DNA of 64,000 nucleotides, taken from contig OZ242383.1 in assembly GCA_965209155.1 (NCBI GenBank), forward strand, positions 1,824,001-1,888,000, given 5' to 3'. This DNA comes from a bacterium (GTDB taxonomy: Bacteria; SAR324; NAC60-12). Of this stretch, positions 1 through 9,031 are shown piece by piece; the first letter of the stretch is position 1, and each line of letters starts with the position of its first letter. The notes below the pieces were generated by a model. The model made no database searches. It saw only the letters and a program-made list of their open reading frames with translations, and was not told the DNA's origin. A program made the translations under genes and the position numbers.

Positions 1-757
1 TCGGCAATTGCAGGCCGATCAGGGAGACCACCGGGATGAGGGCATTTTTGATGGCGTGTCGGATCACTACGATCCGCTCCTTGAGCCCCTTGGACCAGGC
101 CGTCCGGATATAGTCTTGTCTCAGCACCTCCAACATCGTGGTGCGCGTCATCCGCATGGTGGCTGCCGCCATGGCCGTCCCCAGAATCAGGCTGGGGATG
201 AGGAACACCCCGAGACTCCCCAGCGGGTCTTCAGTGAAAGGAATCAGCTCCAGCGGGGGTGACCAGCCCCACCAGATGGACGGGAAGATGATAACCATCA
301 GGGCCAGCCAGAAGTTCGGCGTGGCCAAGCCGATGATGGCGATGGAGCGTCCCGCATAGTCGGCGGCGGTATCCTGGCGAATCGCCGAGTAGATGCCGAC
401 GGGCAGTGCGATCACCAGCCCGATGACGATCGACAACAAACCAAGCTCGACGGTTACCGGCAATCTACTTATTATCTTGTCTTCTACCGTCCAACCGCTG
501 ATCAGTGAGTTGCCCAGCGTGCCGTGCAGGAAAATACCTCCCATCCAGCGTCCATACTGCACGTAGACTAGCACGTCTAATCCCAGCTTCTGCTCCAGCG
601 TTTCATGGTCTATATGGGCCACGTCGTACATCATTTCACCCACCATTGCGTCTATTACATCACCCGGGATGAAGCGCACCGAGAGAAAGACCAGGATGGT
701 CAATATAAACACGGTGGGGATTATCAGCAATAACCGCCTGATGATATAGGCTCTCAT
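1..757 (-). CDS. Peptide/nickel ABC permease, DppB/OppB-like (copy 1; runs off the window start)
   Basis: ATG at 757 reads MRAYIIRRLLLIIPT..., closely paralogous to 9024-10034 and 15846-16805. Absent from the ORF track because its stop is outside the window. Confidence 0.9.
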   Translation of the reverse strand, partial: MRAYIIRRLLLIIPTVFILTILVFLSVRFIPGDVIDAMVGEMMYDVAHIDHETLEQKLGLDVLVYVQYGRWMGGIFLHGTLGNSLISGWTVEDKIISRLPVTVELGLLSIVIGLVIALPVGIYSAIRQDTAADYAGRSIAIIGLATPNFWLALMVIIFPSIWWGWSPPLELIPFTEDPLGSLGVFLIPSLILGTAMAAATMRMTRTTMLEVLRQDYIRTAWSKGLKERIVVIRHAIKNALIPVVSLIGLQLP

Positions 758-764
758 GGAACCC

Positions 765-2549
765 CTAATGCCCCATTTCTTTCTTCAGCTCCTGGTCAAT
801 CCAGAGGCGGGCGAATTTTTGATTAGGGTCTATAGTTCCGTCAATTTCACCGTTATAACCGATGATCCACGGCTGGGACACATTAAAAGAGGGAACTCTC
901 ACCCCCCCGATCCACCAGTGCTTCTCTATGATGTACCTATCTGCCTCTATACGCAGCCTCCTCTGCTCCTCAATGGTGGTAGCGGCTACGGCGGCCTCAT
1001 ACATCTCATCATAAACCGGATCACTGACATTGGATTCGTTATATCCTGCTTTCGAGTAAGCTTGACTTAGTGCGATGAGACCTGGATAGTCTGCGTTGTG
1101 GGTCCCATTTATCAGACCTAGCTGCTTATGTTCTCGTATAGAAGCGAGATGAGCAGCTCGGTCATTTAGCTTCACCTCTACATCAATGCCAATAGCACGC
1201 AAGTATTCCAAGGCTATCTGGGCATAGTCGAAATCGAAGTAGTCCATGTGTTCATGGACGGTCTTGAATCTGATGCCGTCGGCGCCGCGCGGGTATCCAG
1301 CCTCATCAAGGAGCTTCTCGGCCCCTTCCGGGTCATACCTGTAGTATTGCTTGATCTCTTCGGGCCACTCTTCAAATCGAAATATACTCCCGATATGATT
1401 TTTCCCTTGATGCCCCGAAGGGGTCGTATCTGCCCAACCGTGGAAGTAGGTCTCGTTAATTGTCTCAAGGTCGATTGCCATCTGTATTGCGTGGCGCACC
1501 CTGATGTCGTTAAAGGGTGGTATCTGCGTGTTCATAGCAAAAGCCGTTTCCGAACGATATGAGTATGGCCACAGGTTCAGTTCGGGGTTGGTCCGCTGGA
1601 GGCTAACCGCCGCGTCGACAGTAGGTAGGAAGGAGGCACCCGCATAACCGATGTAATCAGCCTTACCCGAGCGCATTAACGCTAGGTGTGTCGCTTTTTC
1701 CTTCGAAATCAGGCGCCTTAGCTCGTCAATATAGGGCAGGCGGTTCTCCGGGTATTTTTCGTCGTAGCCCCGGTAGTCAGGATTCTTGGAATAGGTGGCA
1801 GAGCTGCCCTCGACATAGTCAGTCCACATAAAGGGCCCGGTGCCGACCACATTCCTCCAATCCGTAACGTCGCCGTATTGCTCGACTACCTCGGGGGCCA
1901 CTATATAAGTGTGTTGTCCCACGAGGATAGCCGACAGCGCAGTGAGGGTTATCGACTTCAGCTTAAAGACAACCGTATATTTGTCGGTGGCCTCTATGGA
2001 TTCAATATTGTATTGTTCGACAGGCAAGTGTGTCGGGTCTGCAGGGTCGGCTTCGCTGAACTCGCCTAGGGCGAATATGCGGTCAAAGTTATATTTGATG
2101 TCATCGGCAGTTAGTTCCCGACCGGACATTGGGGGCTTATTATGCCAGTGAACGCCCTTGCGGATGTGGAAGACATAAGTTGTTGGGTCCGTTTGCTCCC
2201 AGCTTTCAGCCAGCTGCCCTGTTAGGGCAATTTCAGGGGTGTAAATTGTTCTATAGTCAAATACTTCCCTATCTATTGCCCAGTTCGTGAAGCCTAGCTT
2301 CTCATTAATGCCCGAGATAGCGAATCCCGCGGTATACGAGACATATGGCTCAATACTATCAGCCAAGCCTGTCGCGACGTAGGTTATTGTCCCGCCATAC
2401 TCAGGTGCAGTCACCATTTTACCAGTGGTCGGATCTTTGACCATCTTTTTCTCCGCTGCAAGGGCCAAACCGCCCCCGAGGGCGGCCACCATCAGGGTGA
2501 GGGACAGCAGGATTGCACTGAAGGTTGATTTGCTTTTTTGATTTTCCAT
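765..2549 (-). CDS. ABC transporter substrate-binding protein, family 5 (copy 1)
   Basis: PEYGG, LAESWE, VGTGPF and RVRHAIQMAID motifs. Hydrophobic signal peptide after M37 of the 630-aa ORF, with an AAGGA RBS upstream. Alternative in-frame start at 2657. Confidence 0.92.
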   Translation of the reverse strand: MENQKSKSTFSAILLSLTLMVAALGGGLALAAEKKMVKDPTTGKMVTAPEYGGTITYVATGLADSIEPYVSYTAGFAISGINEKLGFTNWAIDREVFDYRTIYTPEIALTGQLAESWEQTDPTTYVFHIRKGVHWHNKPPMSGRELTADDIKYNFDRIFALGEFSEADPADPTHLPVEQYNIESIEATDKYTVVFKLKSITLTALSAILVGQHTYIVAPEVVEQYGDVTDWRNVVGTGPFMWTDYVEGSSATYSKNPDYRGYDEKYPENRLPYIDELRRLISKEKATHLALMRSGKADYIGYAGASFLPTVDAAVSLQRTNPELNLWPYSYRSETAFAMNTQIPPFNDIRVRHAIQMAIDLETINETYFHGWADTTPSGHQGKNHIGSIFRFEEWPEEIKQYYRYDPEGAEKLLDEAGYPRGADGIRFKTVHEHMDYFDFDYAQIALEYLRAIGIDVEVKLNDRAAHLASIREHKQLGLINGTHNADYPGLIALSQAYSKAGYNESNVSDPVYDEMYEAAVAATTIEEQRRLRIEADRYIIEKHWWIGGVRVPSFNVSQPWIIGYNGEIDGTIDPNQKFARLWIDQELKKEMGH

Positions 2550-2862
2550 CTTTTTCCTTTCTGCTTTTTGATTAAAAACAAGATTTAGGATTGCTTTAAA
2601 ACCTGCTTTCGTTCCCGAAAGCACATTCTCGACGATGCTTCTGATTATTATTTTCATTTTTACCTTTAATATAAAGCGTTAAATAAGCAATATTCACCAT
2701 GAATATTACACTATCAAAAAAACCGATTCATTGGCTCCAGGAGGGGCCATGAAGCATGACCTTTCAATTCTCCGGAGGAAATTCCATGTACTGAAATGAA
2801 CTGAGGAGTAATTCAAGGATCTCTCCCTGAAGTCGAGATGAGATATGGGGGGACAACCCAGT

Positions 2863-2986
2863 GAATTTGGGGTTTGGGACTTAGAAATTGGAGTTTGGAA
2901 CTGTAACTGGGAGCTGGGAAATTAGAACTTGGGGTGCCGGGTGCCGAGTGCCGAGTGCCGAGTGCCGAGTGCCGAGTGCCGAGTGC
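2863..2986. repeat. Heptamer tandem repeat: degenerate 7-mers, then GTGCCGG + (GTGCCGA)x6
   Basis: Counted directly at 2934-2982. About ten degenerate GRRYTKG-like units precede it. Confidence 0.95.
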
Positions 2987-2990
2987 TTGA

Positions 2991-3019
2991 ATGATACTCT
3001 CATATTAACCTTTTGTCAA
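2991..3019 (-). promoter_or_regulatory. Sigma70-type promoter for ABC module 1
   Basis: Minus strand TTGACA (3019-3014)-N17-TATCAT (2996-2991); identical in the second copy. Confidence 0.75.
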
Positions 3020-3550
3020 GCTATTTTTATACTTGAAATGGGTTAATTTCAGACTTTCATGTCATCCTGATTGATAGCTGCCAGCGAAAAGCCAATTCGC
3101 GACAGAGACTCTTTAAGGAAAATATTTAATATCCAGAAAAAAATCAACACTTTTTTTAAGACAGATGCGATTTAGTCATTTAAAGCAAATTTTCTCATAT
3201 CTGGAAATAGTATAATCGCTCTGCAAATGTATCAAGATTATTTTGAATAGGGCGACTCATTCATTCAGGAGTGTCTTCTGATGAGCAACGAAAATATTTT
3301 TTCATATTGAGATACGGAAGTCAACATTTTTGGCACTTTTCCATTCCCCGTTGACTGTTTCTGAAAAACCTCTGGGGAGGATTTGAGGTTCGACATGACT
3401 TTCGGTTCAATAAACAGGAGCGACATTGAAATAAAACCTTCAGGCAAAGGTGATTTCGTAAAAAATTATCACAAAAGCAAACGAAAGTCCGGCTTAATAG
3501 AGTGCTAATCATTTGTCAACCGTATTTTTTCAATCGCTGGGAAGCGATTG

Positions 3551-3577
3551 TTTGCACTCTATTGAAATGAGTGCTAA
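3551..3577. promoter_or_regulatory. CIRCE (HrcA operator), plus an extra half-site at 3500-3508
   Basis: TTTGCACTC-N9-GAGTGCTAA, one mismatch to TTAGCACTC-N9-GAGTGCTAA. Confidence 0.8.
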
Positions 3578-3636
3578 CATGAAACAATCATTGATCCAGC
3601 CCGCATGAAAGCGATCCGATGAATCCCCAGAAATGA

Positions 3637-4532
<896 letters not shown>

Positions 4533-4589
4533 GCTTTTTTTCCTCAGTTTCTCATGATAGCCACGCATGTAACAATTCAAGAAAAAAAG

Positions 4590-4714
4590 TGCCAACAAGG
4601 CATTCCACCGGACGCCCACCCCAGCGGTTTTTTCAACCGTTTGCGTTCAAATTTTGTTCTTCTCACGAGCCACCCCTCTCGTTGGGTGGGCGACCGGAGA
4701 ACTCAACGTTGAAC
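4590..4714 (+). other. Integron attC-like site 1
   Basis: GCCAAC-AAGGC-ATTCCACCGGACGCCCACCC ... GGGTGGGCGACCGGAGAAC-TCAAC-GTTGAAC: AAC/GTT ends, 5-nt spacers, imperfect palindrome. Confidence 0.7.
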
Positions 4715-4791
4715 TTCAAAACGCAATTACCAACAAACTACCTCACCAGGAGTATTTCTCCCAAAATGCTATCATAGTAGAAAGGACGTCA

Positions 4792-5070
4792 ATGCTCACA
4801 TTTGAGTGGGATCCCAATAAAGCTAAAATAAATTTGGAAAGACATGGAGTTTCATTTGATGAAGCCAGTACAGCATTTCAAGATCCACTTTCTTTGACGA
4901 TAGACGATCCTTTACATACAGAAGATGAAGAACGTTTCATTCTCTTGGGATTATCGCATAAGAACCGCATGTTAGTTGTCGTTCATACTGAAAGAGGAGA
5001 TAATATACGAATGATTAGTGCCAGAAAAATGACCAAGCAAGAAAGGAAATATTATGAAAGTGATGCCTAA
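4792..5070 (+). CDS. BrnT-family toxin
   Basis: FEWDPNKAKINLERHGVSFDEA...RMISARK; start re-called at M47 of the ORF-track entry. Confidence 0.88.
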   Translation: MLTFEWDPNKAKINLERHGVSFDEASTAFQDPLSLTIDDPLHTEDEERFILLGLSHKNRMLVVVHTERGDNIRMISARKMTKQERKYYESDA

Positions 5071-5290
5071 TGATCCGGATTTGTTGGAAGAGTATGATTT
5101 TAGTAATGGGATAAGAGGTAAATATGCTCAACGGTATGCAGAAGGGAATAATGTTGTTGTCATTGAACCGGATGTCGCGAAATATTTTCCTGATCATGAT
5201 TCAGTGAATGAAGCTTTACGATCTCTAGCCTCTATTATGGAAAGGCAGGAAAAAAGACTGGCCGAACAAGTCCATGAACCGGAGCCTTAA
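5054..5290 (+). CDS. BrnT-associated antitoxin (BrnA-like)
   Basis: LEEYDFSNGIRGKY...VIEPDVAKYFPDHDSVNEALR; overlaps the toxin stop. Confidence 0.8.
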   Translation: MKVMPNDPDLLEEYDFSNGIRGKYAQRYAEGNNVVVIEPDVAKYFPDHDSVNEALRSLASIMERQEKRLAEQVHEPEP

Positions 5291-5384
5291 TATAGTGCTT
5301 TTCCCTTCAGTTTGCAGCTATCATAAGTATAAAAAGCAACCTTCTATTCCAATCAAGTACGGCCCGGTTATTTCTGCGTTAAGG
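5261..5384 (+). other. Integron attC-like site 2
   Basis: GCCGAAC-AAGTC-CATGAACCGGAGCC ... GGCCCGGTTATT-TCTGC-GTTAAGG. The arms pair with two unpaired bases, the attC hallmark. Confidence 0.78.
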
Positions 5385-5512
5385 GAAAGGAGAGAGTGAC
5401 AGATCGACGTTAGAGAGCAGTCTCTCAATTGCTTTGTAATAATTAATCAATTGATGATAGAATGATTGCGTACCACCTTTGAAGTCAATTCATAAGAACC
5501 AAGGAGTGAATT

Positions 5513-5674
5513 ATGGCAGAATCAGTGCAACATTTCTTGAATATCTTTGAGTTATTACCAGATGAGGAAAAACGTGAAGTTGCTCTAGAAATATTAAAAC
5601 GAACTGTTCATTGGGATATTCCAGTTTTGTCAGAGGAGGAGTTAGTTTTGAATGCAGAAGAGCTTTTTCTGGAG
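5513..5674 (+). pseudogene. Small acidic protein (antitoxin-like) interrupted by IS66; frame resumes at 7749
   Basis: AAGGAG RBS; MAESVQHFLNIFELLPDEEKREVALEIL...AEELFLE, then the target-site duplication; LD... continues after the IS. Confidence 0.65.
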
Positions 5675-5752
5675 GTAACTATTTAGGATTCTTTAGATCC
5701 CCCATTGATTTAAGCACAGATTTTGCATGGCATAAAGTCCAGAAAGGACTTT

Positions 5753-7271
5753 ATGCTCTCGAAAGTTCAAAAATATATTGATTCCCTTTCATCGATTCCC
5801 CACCTCGAGGCTCTTCAAGAAGCCTGTCAACTCTTTGAAGAAGAACGGGAGCAATGGAAGCAAGAGCGATTAAAACTCCTCGAACGTCTCGAAATAGAAA
5901 ATAAGCGTATTGAAGCGCTCGAAGCAGAAAATAAGCAACTTCGGGATCAGCTGGCTCTCAACAGCCAAAACTCAAGTAAGCCTCCTTCCAGCGATCAAAG
6001 TCGAAAGAACAAAAGTTTGCGTAAAAGCAGGGGGTCGCTCTCGCGGAGGTCAACCCGGTCATAAAGGCCATCATTTGCCTTTCAGTGAGTCACCAGATCA
6101 TGTGGAGCCTCATTTTGTCAGCACCTGTGAAGCCTGTGGAGAAGATTTATCCCAGGTGATGGTTGAGGCCCGGCATAAACGCCAAGTGTTTGATCTTCCC
6201 CCGCTCCAATTAGAGGTCACCGAGCATCAGGTGGAACAAAAAATTTGTCCCTGCTGCCGGCATCTGAATCGCTCGAGTTTTCCAGCAGGGATAGAGGCAC
6301 CCACTCAATATGGTCCCCGGATCAAAGGCTTAGCGGTTTATCTCAATCAATATCAGTTTCTGCCCTTTGATCGATGCCAGCAATTCTTTGAGGATCTGTT
6401 CGGCCAGCCGCTCAATGCGGCCACGATTTATGCTAGCCTCCAGCAAGCCGCCCTTAGGCTTAATCCCTTGCAACAACAAGTGGCTGAAGCTCTGATTCAA
6501 GCGGAGGTGGTTCATTTTGATGAAACCTCTTTGTTTGAAAACAAACAGCGTCGCTGGCTTCATTCAGCCTCTACCGAAGAGCTGACCTTTTATTTTATCC
6601 ACGACAAACGGGGTCGAGCCGGAATGGATGCTGCCGGTATCCTGCCTCAGTTTGAAAAGACAGCTATTCATGATCACTGGGAGAGCTACCAGCATTATGA
6701 GTGTGATCATGGCTTTTGCAATGCGCATCATTTACGTGAACTCACTCGGGCCTATGAACAAGAAAAGGCCTTCTGGGCTCAGGAGATGAGCGACTTACTG
6801 GTAGAGATCAAAGAGCAAGTAGACCAAGCCAAGTTCAAAGAACAATCTGCTTTGAATCCAGTCCTACTGGATCACTTCCGCCAACGCTATCGGGATATCA
6901 CCCAAGAAGCCCTTAAGCTCTATCCTCCCCCTCCTCAAACAAAGAAACGAGGACGCCCCAAACAGAGCAAAGCCAAAAATTTACTCGATCGCTTGATCCT
7001 CTATGAAAAGGAAACCTTGTTATTCATGGATGACTTCCGGGTTCCTTTTGACAACAACCAAGCCGAGCGAGATATACGCATGGTTAAATTGAAACAGAAA
7101 ATCTCAGGCGGCTTCCGAACGGCTGAAGGATCACAGGCTTTTTGTACCATCCGAGGAGCTATTTCCACTACCAGAAAACAGGGAAAATCCATCTTCGAGA
7201 TGCTCACACAGGCTTTGTCTCTCCCGGATCCAGTCCGGGACAAGCTTTTACCTGCGCCTCCTTGTTACTGA
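5753..7271 (+). pseudogene. IS66 transposase with a +1 frameshift near 6023-6034
   Basis: Coiled coil + NSSKPPSSD in one frame; GGQPGHKG, CxxC zinc motifs, HFDET, CNAHHLR and DNNQAERDIR in the next frame. The shift lies at AAAAGCAGGGGG. Confidence 0.88.
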
Positions 7272-7561
7272 AACTCCCCTTTTTTTAAACGTTTCGCCCC
7301 TTGCGGGCCAAACGTATTCCTGGCAAACATAGCATCGTCAATGCGATTTTGTAGGTCGTGAAAACGAGTTGTCAGTGGAGTATGCTCATCCATGATTTAC
7401 CTCTCTGGCAAAGCGTTTACGATCATTATCGCCATTGGAAAAAACACTGGATTGTGGAGTGAACCTTCGCTTTTTGGCTCATGATCATAAAGAAGCGGAT
7501 CTCCCTGATTGATAGATTTTTAATTTTTTTACGAATCCTGCATTTTTTTTAATTTGAGGGG

Positions 7562-7591
7562 TTGACATTATGCAAGTAGTAGTGCTATAAT
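7562..7591 (+). promoter_or_regulatory. Consensus sigma70 promoter inside the IS66 right end
   Basis: TTGACA-N18-TATAAT. Confidence 0.75.
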
Positions 7592-7623
7592 CATACTATC
7601 ACTAAGTTGTTTTGGTGAAAGAA

Positions 7624-7695
7624 GAGGGTTTCCGATCGATGGAACAATATCGTGGGAGGACTTGAAAACGATCAGTCCTCTCCGGAAATTTTTTT
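7624..7695 (+). ncRNA. Candidate structured RNA (three-way junction + U-tract), copy A
   Basis: A closing stem plus two hairpins; covaries with 34282-34353. Confidence 0.5.
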
Positions 7696-7802
7696 CAACG
7701 TTATTTGACTAAACGGGTTTTCAGAGACCTGAATAGTTACTTCTGGAGTTAGATGGATCTATGAGATTGAAGGGGTAAGGACAACAACCATCCCCGTCCG
7801 AC

Positions 7803-7852
7803 GAGCCGTTCTCAGGGGGGAAAGGAGTCGTAAGACTCCCGACCTACCCGAC
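7803..7852 (+). mobile_element. Group II intron 3'-end remnant (collapsed domain V + domain VI)
   Basis: GAGCC|GTTCTCAGGGGGGAAA-GGAGTC-GTAA-GACTCC-CGACCTACCCGAC matches the typical DV-flank/DVI/AC terminus pattern. Confidence 0.6.
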
Positions 7853-7906
7853 GGAAATATGAACTTAAATTCCCAAAGTCACAGGCCTGACCCGATTCCC
7901 CGATTT

Positions 7907-9031
7907 CTAAGCGAAGGGGTTGAGCAGTCTGGAGAGGAATCCTCGTTTGCGTTTCCCCGCAGTACCATAACTGCCCTGCCCGCCCCGCAGTCGGGGATCG
8001 AGCAGGTCCCTCACCGCGTCGCCGAACATGTTGAGGGAGTAGACGGTAATCGTCAGGGCAAGACCCGGCCAGAGCGCCAGCCGGGGGGCCATTTCCATGT
8101 ACTGAAGCCCTTCCCGGCTGAGCATCCCTCCCCAACTGGGAATCTTGATGGGCAGTCCGAATCCGAGGAAACTCAGCGAGGCCTCGGCAATGATGACGCC
8201 ACCAATGTTGATGGAGAAGATGATGAGGAGGGGCGCCATAATATTGGGTAGGACATGGCGTAGGAGGATTTGGCGCGTGGGGGTGCCTACGGCCCGGGCT
8301 GCCAGAAAATAGTCATTCTCTTTAATGCCCACTACGGCGCCTCGGACGACTCGGGAGCCGCCGATGCCTCCGGAAATCCCCAAGACCAGGATGATCTGGG
8401 GCAAACCCCGCCCCACGATGGACATGATGGTCAACAAGAGGAGCAGTCCCGGGAAGGCCATCCAGGCATCGACAAAGCGCTGCACCGTCAGGTCCACTTT
8501 CCCCCCCAGGAATCCGGAAGTGCCGCCGACCAGGAGAGCGACGAGCACATTCAGCAGGGTCGCTGACAGACCGACTGCTAAGGAAAGACGCGCCCCGTAG
8601 ATCAGGCGGCTCAACAAGTCTCGCCCCGCCTGGTCGGTCCCCAGGAGATACCGGGAGGATGAGCCCTGTAGCCGGTCTATCAGGTGTATTTCGTCGTAGG
8701 GATAAGGCATCAGCACATCGGCAAAGATCGCGACAAAAATCAAGATCAAGACGATCACCCCGCCGAAGGCCCCCAGGGGCTTCTCCTGCCACAACCTGAT
8801 GAAGAAATCGGCAAACCGACCCCGTTGCTTGGGCTCTCTGACTGTGGATGGTGTTTCTATGGTGTCGCTCATGTTCTCGATTTCCATCGGTAGGGCCGGG
8901 TCACGTCCCGGCCTAAGAAACGCATCGCATGCAATGGCCGGAACGTGACCGAAATGTCGGACCACCGGCCCTACCGTTTTCTTGTCTGTTAAACCTAACC
9001 CCTCATACCTTTCGCGCCAGCGACTATTCAT
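7907..9031 (-). CDS. Peptide/nickel ABC permease, DppC/OppC-like (copy 2; alternative start 8872)
   Basis: LLGTDQAGRDLLSRLIYGAR, AARAVG...RHVLPN, EASLSFLGFG and RDLLDPR motifs. Confidence 0.93.
   Translation of the reverse strand: MNSRWRERYEGLGLTDKKTVGPVVRHFGHVPAIACDAFLRPGRDPALPMEIENMSDTIETPSTVREPKQRGRFADFFIRLWQEKPLGAFGGVIVLILIFVAIFADVLMPYPYDEIHLIDRLQGSSSRYLLGTDQAGRDLLSRLIYGARLSLAVGLSATLLNVLVALLVGGTSGFLGGKVDLTVQRFVDAWMAFPGLLLLLTIMSIVGRGLPQIILVLGISGGIGGSRVVRGAVVGIKENDYFLAARAVGTPTRQILLRHVLPNIMAPLLIIFSINIGGVIIAEASLSFLGFGLPIKIPSWGGMLSREGLQYMEMAPRLALWPGLALTITVYSLNMFGDAVRDLLDPRLRGGQGSYGTAGKRKRGFLSRLLNPFA
8888..8976. repeat. GTAG-type REP doublet / long palindrome
   Basis: CGGTAGGGCCGG...CCGGCCCTACCG outer arms; GGTCACGTCCCGGCC / GGCCGGAACGTGACC inner arms. 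Confidence 0.65.

Larger units (their letters stand above)
2550..3487. repeat. ~0.9-kb upstream block, copy A (paralogue of 18836-19748)
   Basis: Colinear, highly similar sequence by eye from the SBP start to ...AAACGAAA. Confidence 0.92.
5675..7740 (+). mobile_element. IS66-family element, single-transposase (ISBst12-type)
   Basis: Terminal inverted repeats GTAACTATTTAGG / CCTGAATAGTTAC; perfect 8-bp TSD TTCTGGAG at 5667-5674 and 7741-7748. Confidence 0.95.

Noticed and set aside
6020..6035. Programmed -1 frameshift in the IS66 transposase
   Set aside because: The required shift is +1 and this IS group normally has one ORF. With similar homopolymer breaks at 33508 and 59510, mutation or sequencing error is more likely.
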